From contig CAVCUP010000011.1 of NCBI GenBank assembly GCA_963605405.1, positions 11,270-75,269 of the forward strand: a stretch of DNA of 64,000 nucleotides, in the 5' to 3' direction. This DNA comes from a bacterium. GTDB taxonomy: Bacteria > Actinomycetota > Coriobacteriia > Coriobacteriales > Atopobiaceae. This document shows, one piece after another, positions 44,355-53,202 of this stretch (position 1 is its first letter; each line of letters starts with the position of its first letter). The position numbers and the translations under genes are program-made. The notes under the pieces were generated by a model that made no database searches, was not told the DNA's origin, and was given only the letters and a program-made list of their open reading frames with translations.

Positions 44355-45047
44355 TCACTCCCCAGATACAGAATGTATGTTGTTCGTTTGGTCCTCGGGC
44401 GCAAGGCCCTGGCCCGTCCCCTTTTCGCCCCGGTCCTTGGCGGAGAAAAGCAGCTCCCCCGCCGAGAGACGCTGGTCGGCCGCCGCGCGGATATCGGCAA
44501 GGCCGCTCGACGCCACGGCCGTCTGGTCGGCGCCCACCTCGTCGATGGGCAGCGCCATCTGCGCGTCCTCCACGCGCTCGAGCTCGTCGAGGACGCCCTT
44601 GGCCTCACGGAAGCTGGCCGCAAGGGCGCGCGCCGCGTCCGTCTTTGCGTCGGGCTTGGGCTTGACGGCCTCCGTCACGGCCACGGCGTTGGCCACGGCA
44701 ACGCCTCGCGTGTGGCTCATGGAGAGCGCGACCTCGACGACGCCCTTCTCCATCGCGACCCTGGCGGCGCCCCCCGTGAGCTTTGCCCGTACGCCGCCGC
44801 GCTCGTCGCGCGTGACGCTCACGTCGCGGATTCCCACGCCGTTGCCGAAGCCGCAGCCCAGGGCCTTGACCACGGCCTCGCGCGCGGCCCAACGGGCGGC
44901 GTAGTGCTCGGCGGGGCGGGCGCAGCGCTCGCAGAACTGACGCTCCTCCTCGGTAAAGACGCGAACGAGGAAGCTCGGGCGGCGCTCGATCACGCGCTCC
45001 ATGCGCGAGATCTCGAGCATGTCGACGCCTATGCCGGCTGCTGCCAC
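44355..45047 (-). CDS. acpS: Holo-[acyl-carrier-protein] synthase with a ~100-aa C-terminal extension
   Basis: The first ~125 aa match the AcpS pattern (GIGVDMLEISRMERV..., FTEEERQFC, RWAAREAVVKALG, LSMSHTRGVAVA). The remainder is low-complexity and unassigned. Confidence 0.85.
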   Translation of the reverse strand: MAAAGIGVDMLEISRMERVIERRPSFLVRVFTEEERQFCERCARPAEHYAARWAAREAVVKALGCGFGNGVGIRDVSVTRDERGGVRAKLTGGAARVAMEKGVVEVALSMSHTRGVAVANAVAVTEAVKPKPDAKTDAARALAASFREAKGVLDELERVEDAQMALPIDEVGADQTAVASSGLADIRAAADQRLSAGELLFSAKDRGEKGTGQGLAPEDQTNNIHSVSGE

Positions 45048-45203
45048 GGGCCTCCCCTTTCGACGCGGCTTACCAAACGCTGTCCGTGCGCGGGCACGGC
45101 CCCGGCAAGGGGCCGCGCGCCCAACACGAGACGCGCGCCGACCTTGCCGACGCGCGTCAAGTTACAAAGCTCAGTTGATTCTACCAGTGCGTGAAGGCCC
45201 CGT

Positions 45204-46565
45204 TTAGGCGATGAACGGCCTCAGCGCATCAATCACAATCTGATTGGCCTCGGCGCAGAGCTTCTCGTCGGGGGCCTCGGCGAGCACGCGCACGAGCGGC
45301 TCGGTACCGGAGGCGCGCACGAGCACGCGACCGTTGCCCTCGAGGAACTGCTCGGCCTTGGCCACGGCGCTCGAGACCTCGGGAGCATTCATCGCGGCGT
45401 TCTTGTCCGTCACGCGGATGTTGTCGAGCTGCTGCGGGTAAAGCTTGACCGGGCGGGTGAGCTCGGAGAGCTTCTCGCGCTCGCCGCGTAGGACCTCCAT
45501 GATGCGCAGGGAGGTCATGATGCCGTCGCCCGTCTTCTCGAGGTCGGAGAAAATCACGTGGCCGGACTGCTCGCCGCCGAGGGTATAGCCGTTCTCGCGC
45601 ATGCAGGCGTAGACGTTCTTGTCGCCCACGTCGGTCTTCTCGTAGGCGATGCCAGCCTCTTCGAAGGCCTTGAACAGGCCGAAGTTGCTCATGACGGTGG
45701 GGACGACCGTGGACTTGGCCAGGCGGCCGTGCTTGTTCAGGTAGCAGCCGCAGACGTAGAGGATGAGGTCGCCGTCAACGAGGTGGCCGCGTTCGTCGAC
45801 CGCCAGGCAACGGTCGGCATCGCCGTCGTAGGCGAAGCCCACGTCGAGACCGTTCTGCACGACGAAGCGCTGGAGCTGCTCGATGTGGGTGGAGCCGCAG
45901 TCGACGTTGATGTTGAAGCCGTTGGGCGAGTTGTTGATCACGTGGGTCTCGGCGCCCATGGCGTCGAAGACGGGGCGCGCGACGGAAGAGGCGGAGCCGT
46001 TGGCGCAGTCCAGGCCGATCTTGAGCCCCTGCAGAGAGAACCCGCAGGAAGAGATGAGGCTCGCGATGTAGCGGTTGCGGCCCTGCATGTAGTCGACCGT
46101 GCAGCCGATGGCGTCGCCCGTGGCCAGGGGCACCTCGGACTTACCGTCGATGTAGTCCTCGATGAGCTCGAGGACGTCCTCATCCATCTTGAAACCCTCG
46201 CGGTTGACGAGCTTGATGCCGTTGTCCGTGTAGGGGTTATGCGACGCGGTGATCATGATGCCGCAGTCGAAGGCGCCGTCAACGACCTCGTAAGAAACGC
46301 CCGGCGTCGGGATGACGTGCAGCATGTAGGCATCGGCGCCGGAGGCCACCAGGCCGCTGACGATGGCGGACTCGAACATGTAGCTCGAGCGGCGGGTGTC
46401 CTTACCCAGGATGACGCGGGCCTTCTTGCCCTGGCGCTTGCCGTAGTACCAGCCCACGTAGCGACCGATCTTGTAGGCGTGCTCGACGTTCAGGCCCTCG
46501 TTGGCACGGCCTCGGAAACCGTCGGTACCGAAGTACTTCATTCGCTGTCCCTTCTCGTTAGACAA
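45204..46565 (-). CDS. glmM: Phosphoglucosamine mutase
   Basis: 453 aa. It has the active-site motif TASHNPYTDNGIK and the start MKYFGTDGFRG. Confidence 0.96.
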   Translation of the reverse strand: MSNEKGQRMKYFGTDGFRGRANEGLNVEHAYKIGRYVGWYYGKRQGKKARVILGKDTRRSSYMFESAIVSGLVASGADAYMLHVIPTPGVSYEVVDGAFDCGIMITASHNPYTDNGIKLVNREGFKMDEDVLELIEDYIDGKSEVPLATGDAIGCTVDYMQGRNRYIASLISSCGFSLQGLKIGLDCANGSASSVARPVFDAMGAETHVINNSPNGFNINVDCGSTHIEQLQRFVVQNGLDVGFAYDGDADRCLAVDERGHLVDGDLILYVCGCYLNKHGRLAKSTVVPTVMSNFGLFKAFEEAGIAYEKTDVGDKNVYACMRENGYTLGGEQSGHVIFSDLEKTGDGIMTSLRIMEVLRGEREKLSELTRPVKLYPQQLDNIRVTDKNAAMNAPEVSSAVAKAEQFLEGNGRVLVRASGTEPLVRVLAEAPDEKLCAEANQIVIDALRPFIA

Positions 46566-46812
46566 CCGAAAGACAATTTCAATGGTCTCTAAATTCTACT
46601 ACCAGCTGACCAGGAGGTCCGCTATACACGCTCGAATGCAGGCGCGAATCATAAAGAATGCCATGCAAGACTTCGAAGGACGTACCTGCGGGAACCCCCC
46701 GGCATCTTACGAAGATTCCGCCAAGCCGACCCGCGTGCGTACGCAAGGCCGTCGAGTGCACCCCCTCCCCCGCATCCTATTTAGATTCCGCCAGGCCGAC
46801 CCGCAACATACG

Positions 46813-46846
46813 AAAAAAGGGCCCACCGGCCGAAGCCAGCGGGTCC
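46813..46846 (-). terminator. Intrinsic terminator after rpsI
   Basis: The minus strand reads GGACCCGCUGGC-UUCG-GCCGGUGGGCCC followed by UUUUUU. Confidence 0.8.
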
Positions 46847-46872
46847 TTCGGGTGCAGATTCGCTCGGAAAGC

Positions 46873-47268
46873 TTAGCGCTTCGAGAACTGCGGGCGCTTA
46901 CGGGCCTTCTTCAGACCGTACTTCTTGCGCTCGACCGCACGCGCGTCACGCGTGAGGAAACCGGCCTTCTTGAGGTCGGCACGGTACTCGCCGGCGTCCA
47001 GAAGGGCGCGGGAGATGCCAAGGCGGCAGGCGCCGGACTGGCCGTTGATGCCGCCGCCGTCGCAGTTGGCGAGGACGTCGAAGCGATCAGCGGTCTCGGT
47101 CAGCTTAAGCGGGGCAAGGGCGTTGTCCACGAGCTGCTGACGACCAAAGTAGTTGAGGGCGTCGCGGCCGTTGACGAGGAACTTGCCGGTACCGGGAACG
47201 AGACGAACACGGGCGACGGCCTCCTTACGGCGACCAGTGCCCCAGTAAACCACGGAGTTCTCAGCCAT
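46873..47268 (-). CDS. rpsI: 30S ribosomal protein S9
   Basis: [23 protein letters not shown]...[21 protein letters not shown] 47268 lies 2 nt after the rplM stop. Confidence 0.97.
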   Translation of the reverse strand: MAENSVVYWGTGRRKEAVARVRLVPGTGKFLVNGRDALNYFGRQQLVDNALAPLKLTETADRFDVLANCDGGGINGQSGACRLGISRALLDAGEYRADLKKAGFLTRDARAVERKKYGLKKARKRPQFSKR

Positions 47269-47270
47269 GC

Positions 47271-47711
47271 TTAGGCCCTCCAATCGATCTTAACGGGGTT
47301 CTGGGCGGCGTGCGGGTGCTCGGCGCCAGCGTAAACCTTGAGCTTCATGCCCTGCTTGCGGCCGAGGGTGGTCTTGGGGAGCATGCCCTTGACGGCGTGC
47401 TCGATGACGCGCTCGGGGTGCTTCTCCATGGCCTCCTTGAAGCTCTCGAACTTCAAGCCGCCGAGGTAGCCAGAGTAGCGCCAGTAGCGCTTCTGGTCCA
47501 TCTTGTTGCCGGTGAGGATGACCTTGTCGGCGTTGATAACGACGACGAAGTCACCGGTGTCGGCGTTCGGGGTGTACTGCGGCTTGTTCTTGCCACGAAG
47601 GATCATGGCAGCAGTGGTCGCGAGACGACCAAGGGTCGCGCCCTCGGCGTCGAGAAGCACCCACTTGCGCTCGACTTCGCCGGCCTTGGCGAACTGAGTC
47701 GACTTCTTCAC
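47271..47711 (-). CDS. rplM: 50S ribosomal protein L13
   Basis: 146 aa. ...[34 protein letters not shown]... Confidence 0.97.
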   Translation of the reverse strand: MKKSTQFAKAGEVERKWVLLDAEGATLGRLATTAAMILRGKNKPQYTPNADTGDFVVVINADKVILTGNKMDQKRYWRYSGYLGGLKFESFKEAMEKHPERVIEHAVKGMLPKTTLGRKQGMKLKVYAGAEHPHAAQNPVKIDWRA

Positions 47712-47945
47712 TTGACTCCTCCTACGTACCTACGGTTCGACGGCTTCTGGACAAGCCGACGAGATGCTTGTTCATTAAAGAGATTACGGGGCTCTTGTAG
47801 ACAAAGCTTGTAAATTGTACGTCACCGCAGGTGAAGAGCCGTGGTGATTTTTTTGTGCGCGAGAGCAACACAAGCTGCACACATCCCGCCGAGAAGCGCC
47901 GGGCGCAGGCGCGCCCGGACGCTCTCCGCCCCCCATTGGGGCGAG

Positions 47946-48851
47946 CTACTGCAGGAACTCGTCTATCTCGGCCAGACGGGCCTCGGCCTGCCTGCGGCCC
48001 TGCAGGTAGAGGTCCAGAAGCGGGCCGCCGGAAGTCTCCATAACGCCCACCTCGACGGGCTTGTCGGGGGCGATGACGAGGCAGCGCCCCCCGCGCTCGA
48101 GCTCCCAGAGCTGCTCGCGCTGGGCGTTGTAGCGCTCGGCGCGCGTGCGGAGCGCCTCGATGTAGTAGGGGTAGGCGTCGTAGCGGTGCGACCGCAGGAG
48201 CTTCGCCTCGGTGCCGGGCCCCTTCTCGTAGGCACGGTGCTGGGTGAGGACAACGACGGAGCGGTCGGCGGGCACATGCCCCTCCACCTTCCGCGCGCCC
48301 GGCAGGCCCATCGCCGCGGCAAAGGGGACCGAGTCCGTGGTGCCGCCGTCGAGGTAGCGCTGGCCGTCTATCTCGACCATGCGCGAGACGCCCGGCAGCG
48401 CCGCCGACGCGCGTACCTTGAGGACGTCGGCGGGGAGGTCGGCCACGCGCAGGTAGTCGGGGGTGCCGAAGGTCACGTTGGACACGACCGCGTACATGGA
48501 CATCGGGTTCTCCATGAAGGCGTCGTCGTCGCAGGGGTCGAGCTCGTTTTGGACCGTCTCGTAGACGAACTCGCCCCCCGTCATGTTGCCCGTCTTTGCA
48601 AGGCTGAGGAAGCTCATGAAGCGTGAGTCGTCGCGGTAGGCGAGCATGATGCGCATGGTGCGGCCGATCTGGCGGCTCTTGAAGCTCACGGCGTTCATCG
48701 CGCCCGCCGAGACGCCCCACACGCTGGAAAAACCAGTAAGGCCGCGTTCGAGCAGCACGTCGAGGACGCCGGCCGTGAACATTCCGCGAAAACCGCCGCC
48801 TTCGAGCACGAGCGCCGGGGCGACTGCTGCCGTTACCTGGTCGTTCTCCAT
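47946..48851 (-). CDS. Patatin-like phospholipase family protein
   Basis: It has the oxyanion-hole motif LEGGGFRG, the nucleophile GVSAG and a DGG near the C-terminal half. The start is MENDQVTAAV. The ORF-track start at 48980 would overlap the tmRNA and is rejected. Confidence 0.88.
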   Translation of the reverse strand: MENDQVTAAVAPALVLEGGGFRGMFTAGVLDVLLERGLTGFSSVWGVSAGAMNAVSFKSRQIGRTMRIMLAYRDDSRFMSFLSLAKTGNMTGGEFVYETVQNELDPCDDDAFMENPMSMYAVVSNVTFGTPDYLRVADLPADVLKVRASAALPGVSRMVEIDGQRYLDGGTTDSVPFAAAMGLPGARKVEGHVPADRSVVVLTQHRAYEKGPGTEAKLLRSHRYDAYPYYIEALRTRAERYNAQREQLWELERGGRCLVIAPDKPVEVGVMETSGGPLLDLYLQGRRQAEARLAEIDEFLQ

Positions 48852-48946
48852 CGCAAAAGCTCCTCTCGCCACGTTGTCCGCATCAATATATACATAAACG
48901 AGGACCCGCCCCCAGAAGCGGGAAGCGGGCCCTCGCGATTCGCCTA

Positions 48947-49312
48947 TGGTGGAGGTGCGGAGAATCGAACTCCGGTCCAAAGCAAGCCCCTGAAAGGTGT
49001 CTCCAGGCTCAGTTGCCGGTTAAGTCTTAGCCGCCGCGCACCCGTCAACCCGCGCTTGGCGACCCAGTTGGTTCGATCTTTTTGCCTGGCATACCAGCTA
49101 CGTCCAAGCAAGCATCTCCCTAGAATGACGTCGCAGCGGGAACGGGAGCGATCCCCGCATTGACGCGCCGCTAGTTAATTAAGCAGCGAGAGCCAGAGGC
49201 TCGTAAGAATAAGTGTCGTCAATTCAATTTGACGGTTCCCCTGTTTAACGTGGCGAGGAGACCACGGCCTGCTGCCCATCTCAGGCCCACCCTGTCGAAA
49301 CCAGTCACCCCC
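48947..49312 (-). ncRNA. ssrA: tmRNA (SsrA)
   Basis: The 5' end is GGGGGUGACUGGUUUCGACAGGG. The 3' end is GGAGUUCGAUUCUCCGCACCUCCACCA. The acceptor stem contains the G3.U wobble. An internal tag frame ...GAC GAC ACU UAU UCU UAC GAG CCU CUG GCU CUC GCU GCU UAA (49220..49179) ends in the canonical ...LALAA. Confidence 0.93.
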
Positions 49313-49351
49313 ACGAGATGGAATGGGGACGCTGCCACCATGATGCGAATG

Positions 49352-52105
49352 TCAAGATTCGTGCCGCTCGCGCGGCGTGGTAGGGATTGTACCCCAAACG
49401 ATCGCCCGCGTATCCGGACGACGGCGGCAAGAGACGAGGCGCCAAGAGGCAAAGGCGATCGCGCTCGCCGCGCTCACGGCAACGCCCGCGACCAGCCCCG
49501 GCGTCTCGTACGTGAACTCGACCGTGTGCTCCCCCGCCGCGAGGTCGACGCCGCAGAGCCCGCCGTAAAGCGCGCGGACCTCGGACTTCTCGCCGTCCAC
49601 GGTCACGCTCCAACCGGAGTCGTACGGGATCACGGTGCAGAGCGTCTCGTCCTGCGAGGCCTGGAAGCTCAGGCGCACGTGGCCATCCTCGTAGGTCTCC
49701 ACCTGCGCCGCGTCGGCGTCGAGAAGCCCGCGGAGCCGCGCGAGCTCGTCCGCATCGAGCGTCTTTGCCACGAGCAGGTCGCGCGAGGACGAGGCCGCGA
49801 GCACCTGCCTGGCTTTGGCGGGGTTGTACGGGTCCGTGACCTCAAGCGAAATCCTCAAAACCTGCCCGGCGGAGTATTCGCCCAGGTAGATTGTGCCGTT
49901 ATTGAAGTTTGAGCCCACCGACGAGACGCAGGCCCCGTCCACACAAACGGCAAGCGAGTACCGAAGCGCGCTCATCATCGGCACGAAGAGATACAGGGGC
50001 CCGTCCTCGGCGACCGTCACGCTCCAGACTCGCTCGGACTCGGTGGCCGCAGCCTCGTCCTCGGCCACGGCGGCGTCCACGTAGAGCCCGCTCGCGTCCG
50101 AGCCCGTCATGTCCGCCCACATCGTCTCCTGGTTGACGAAGGGGTCGCGAGGGGGAGACGAGCCCTCCCAGTGGTCGTTCAGGTCGGTTTGGTAATCGAA
50201 GTCGCTCACGTCGGAAGGCCACGTCACGTTTCCCGCGCCGGAACGGATGCCGTAGGCGCTCGGCAAAGCGACGAGGCTCTTCCACACGCCGTAGCCGCCC
50301 GCAGGCAACGCGGCCGTCCCGTCAACCGGCTCGGCAAGAGGCGCCTCGGACTTGGAGACCAGGTAATCGACGCCCAGAAGCGCGTCCGCGGCCGGCATCA
50401 CGGAGCGATAGTAATAGCCGAAGATCTCGTTCGCGCCGCAATACCCGAGGCTGGCGAGCAGCTCGGTGTAGGCGCCGTTCAGCGTGGAGGTGTACTCCTG
50501 CGGGCCCGACACCCCGAGGACCAGGCCTTCCGTCGTGGTCGGAGCGTTTCTCCCCTGGTTGACGGCGGTGAGGCCGTCGACTCCAACGCGAACGTCCTGC
50601 TGCTCGCCTTCGCGCGGGAGAGAATCGCAGAACTCGCGCATGACGCTCGTATAGAGGCCCCAGTACCCGACGTCGCGGCTGTAGTGGCCGAAGGCGCGCC
50701 AGGCGTTCACGCCCAGGGCCCCCGCGCTGAGCACGCACACACAGGCCAGCGCGGACCGCGCGCGGACCCGGCGCTCCTCACCCGCGAGCCACACGAGCGC
50801 CGCGCAGGCCGCGAGCATGGCCATATCGGCCGCGAAGAGCCACGGCTCGGAGATCCAGTCGCGCTTGAGCACGAGGTAGGCCAGCTGGGCGCCGCCCACG
50901 AGCACGGCCAGGACCCCGCCCGAAACCGCGCAGAGGCGCGCACGCGCCGCGCCGCGCACCCCGTCGAGCGCCTCCCAGCCCCTCGCCGCCACGACGACGA
51001 GCACGAACGAGACCACGTACGCGTAACGGAAGAAATACGAGGTCACGTGTTTGAAGCTCGACCACATGACGTCGAGAGGCCAGGCGCACATAGAGACGAA
51101 CATGAAGGCAAGAAGCCCGCCGTGGAGCAGGCGCGCGCGGCGAGAGACGCCCGGATTGGCCAGGAACGTCCCCGCGAGAACGAGCGCGAGCTCACCCGTG
51201 TAGAGCGCTGGCGTGACGGCCCAGTCGCTCGAGGGGGTCACGCCGAGCGCGAGGCCGGCCACGGCCTTGATCGGGTTGCACGACAGCCGCGCCTGCAGCA
51301 CGCTGGAGAGAAGCGACCCGCCGCCCTCCGGCGAGTTCAGAAGGCCGATGATCGCGGGCAGGAAGACCGCCATGCTCGCCCCGAGCGCGAGGACCATCGT
51401 GGCCCCGTACCGCAGGCCCTGGCGCACGCGCATCTCCCTGCGCGGCTGCTCGAGCCAGCAAACGAAGAAGTAGAACACGGAAAACAGGCAGTCCATGTAG
51501 CCGGAGTACCAGTTAAAGAGCACCGCGCCCGCCACAGAAAGGAAGAGCGTCCGGCAGCGTCCGGCGGCGACCGCGCGCCACGTGCCCAGCGCGACGAGGG
51601 GCAGCATGATGAGGCCGTCGAGCCACATGATGTTGCTGCACTGCGCCACGCTCCAGCCGCACAGGGCATAGCATACCGACACGATCACGTGGACGGCCCC
51701 CGGTCGGTGCCTCTTGCGAAGAAACGAATAGCAGGTCAGCGCCGCCGTCGAGAGCTTGGCCAGGGTGAGGTAGCTCAGCAGCTGCGAGGCATGCCCCGCG
51801 TCGAAGAACCACGCGAGCAGGTTGAAGGGGCTCGCGAGGTAATACGCGAAGGTGGCCGCCATGCCCTCGCCCATGCCCGCGGAGAAGGAGTAAAAGAGCG
51901 ACCCCTCCCCGTGCATCACGCTGGAGAGCCATGCAAAGAGGCCGACGTACTGGATGTCCATGTCCCAGATGGCGACGGAAAGGGACCCGAAGGGGTAGAT
52001 GCCGCGGGCCGCGAACGCCGCGCAAAGGATAAGAAGCGCGAGGACGGGGGCGGCCAGGTACTCGCAGCCACGGCGGGCGGCGAGCCAATCGATTAACTTC
52101 TTCAT
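49352..52105 (-). CDS. YfhO family polytopic membrane glycosyltransferase-like protein
   Basis: 917 aa. The start MKKLIDWLAARRGCEYLAAPVLALLILCAAFAARGIYPFG is typical of YfhO. It has more than 12 TM helices, a large C-terminal extracytoplasmic domain and a final TM segment. Confidence 0.85.
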   Translation of the reverse strand: MKKLIDWLAARRGCEYLAAPVLALLILCAAFAARGIYPFGSLSVAIWDMDIQYVGLFAWLSSVMHGEGSLFYSFSAGMGEGMAATFAYYLASPFNLLAWFFDAGHASQLLSYLTLAKLSTAALTCYSFLRKRHRPGAVHVIVSVCYALCGWSVAQCSNIMWLDGLIMLPLVALGTWRAVAAGRCRTLFLSVAGAVLFNWYSGYMDCLFSVFYFFVCWLEQPRREMRVRQGLRYGATMVLALGASMAVFLPAIIGLLNSPEGGGSLLSSVLQARLSCNPIKAVAGLALGVTPSSDWAVTPALYTGELALVLAGTFLANPGVSRRARLLHGGLLAFMFVSMCAWPLDVMWSSFKHVTSYFFRYAYVVSFVLVVVAARGWEALDGVRGAARARLCAVSGGVLAVLVGGAQLAYLVLKRDWISEPWLFAADMAMLAACAALVWLAGEERRVRARSALACVCVLSAGALGVNAWRAFGHYSRDVGYWGLYTSVMREFCDSLPREGEQQDVRVGVDGLTAVNQGRNAPTTTEGLVLGVSGPQEYTSTLNGAYTELLASLGYCGANEIFGYYYRSVMPAADALLGVDYLVSKSEAPLAEPVDGTAALPAGGYGVWKSLVALPSAYGIRSGAGNVTWPSDVSDFDYQTDLNDHWEGSSPPRDPFVNQETMWADMTGSDASGLYVDAAVAEDEAAATESERVWSVTVAEDGPLYLFVPMMSALRYSLAVCVDGACVSSVGSNFNNGTIYLGEYSAGQVLRISLEVTDPYNPAKARQVLAASSSRDLLVAKTLDADELARLRGLLDADAAQVETYEDGHVRLSFQASQDETLCTVIPYDSGWSVTVDGEKSEVRALYGGLCGVDLAAGEHTVEFTYETPGLVAGVAVSAASAIAFASWRLVSCRRRPDTRAIVWGTIPTTPRERHES

Positions 52106-52106
52106 G

Positions 52107-53054
52107 CTATGCACCAGCCTGCGCGGACACGGCGGGCGCACCATCGCCCGCGATGCCCATAAGCGCGGCCGATCGCAGCGCGTCGTGCTCGACGTCGCGG
52201 CCCTCGCCGCACGAGAACTCGACGAACCCGGGAAGCCCGGGGTTCAGACAGTGCTCGGGCGCGTCCACGCGCCCGGGATGGAAGAGCAGCTCAAGGTCCA
52301 TGCCGCGCGCGTCGGCGACCTCCTTGAGGCGCGGGAACACGGCCGCCACGCGCTTCTCGTCCATGTGGCCGGAGAAGGAGAGCCCGCAGAAGACGGCGGA
52401 CTTCTCCGCATAGGAACCGAGTCCGACCGCCTCGAACACGCGGCGGTTGCGTTTCCATAGGTAATTGAGCAGCCCGCGCTTGACGCGGTTGATCGGCTCG
52501 ATGGTCCCGGCCACGCCCGCTTGGGAGAAGGGCTGCGCGGGCTCGGCGGGAATACGCAGGTACTCAAGGTCATACTCGGGGCGGGCGGCCACGGCGAGAA
52601 CCCCGCGGAAGACGGCGGGGATAAGATGCGTGTGCTGATGGCCGTCGAGGCGAAGGGCCCCGGCGAGCTCCGGGAAGCGCTCCGTCACGCGCGCGACCTG
52701 GGCGGCCGCCTCGATCTCTACCTGGCGCGCGAGCTCCGCGCCATGGAGCGCCGAGGCGGCCATGAGCCCACCGTATCCCTGGCGGAACACTCCCCGCCCG
52801 TCCACGAGCATCGGCACATCGGCGGGGTCGGCCACGCAGCGACCCTCGACGAAGTTGAGGTGCACGCCCACGCGCAGCGACTCGGGACGACCGTCGAGCA
52901 GTCGGGCGCACTCGTCGAAGTTCGGCGAGTTGGCGAGGATGGAGAGCGAGTTCAGCGCGCCGCGGCCGCCGGGCATGGCGGAGCAGCACTCGAGGATTCT
53001 TCTCGACTGGCCAAGGGTGATGCCGAAGTCGTCGGCATGCAGGATTACCGGCAT
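52107..53054 (-). CDS. YdjC/ChbG/HpnK family carbohydrate deacetylase
   Basis: The N-terminus MPVILHADDFGITLGQSRRILEC is the YdjC-type metal site (ADDFG). The protein is 315 aa. Its stop is 1 nt before the yfhO-like start. Confidence 0.8.
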   Translation of the reverse strand: MPVILHADDFGITLGQSRRILECCSAMPGGRGALNSLSILANSPNFDECARLLDGRPESLRVGVHLNFVEGRCVADPADVPMLVDGRGVFRQGYGGLMAASALHGAELARQVEIEAAAQVARVTERFPELAGALRLDGHQHTHLIPAVFRGVLAVAARPEYDLEYLRIPAEPAQPFSQAGVAGTIEPINRVKRGLLNYLWKRNRRVFEAVGLGSYAEKSAVFCGLSFSGHMDEKRVAAVFPRLKEVADARGMDLELLFHPGRVDAPEHCLNPGLPGFVEFSCGEGRDVEHDALRSAALMGIAGDGAPAVSAQAGA

Positions 53055-53202
53055 TCAGGAGCCTCTCTTTGTTGTGCGTTTATTGGCCGCTCGGCGGCCG
53101 GTTCCTATAAGAAAATTAGTATAGTGTCCGCAACGGAAACACGCTTAAAACAACACCCATCGGCCCGGCGCCGACCGCTACAGCAAATCCCTTGGAGGAA
53201 AC

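Noticed and set aside
45178-45183. Extended -10-like TGGTAGAAT (minus strand) just downstream of the glmM stop, as a promoter for acpS
   Set aside because: There is no recognisable -35 element, and it lies immediately after a stop codon. It is possible, but too weak to call from sequence alone.
40878-45194. Two very long plus-strand ORFs (640 aa and 771 aa) spanning udg-alr-nnr-acpS
   Set aside because: They run antisense to four well-supported housekeeping genes with clear catalytic motifs. Their composition is typical of GC-rich antisense frames.
47712-47945. Possible ribosomal-protein L13 leader structure or promoter upstream of rplM
   Set aside because: Only weak hexamers (TACAAT, TTTACA) with wrong spacing are present, and I can see no clear autoregulatory stem-loop by eye.
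47946-48851. Patatin-like phospholipase as a CBASS (CapV-like) or other defence effector
   Set aside because: No cyclase/nucleotidyltransferase, sensor or other defence gene is adjacent. Its neighbours are tmRNA and ribosomal protein genes. It is treated as a stand-alone lipase-family gene.
48852-48980. N-terminal extension of the patatin ORF (start at 48980)
   Set aside because: The extension would overlap the 3' end of the tmRNA gene (48947..) and encodes an unlikely R/S-rich peptide. The internal ATG at 48851 gives a normal patatin N-terminus just before GGGFRG.
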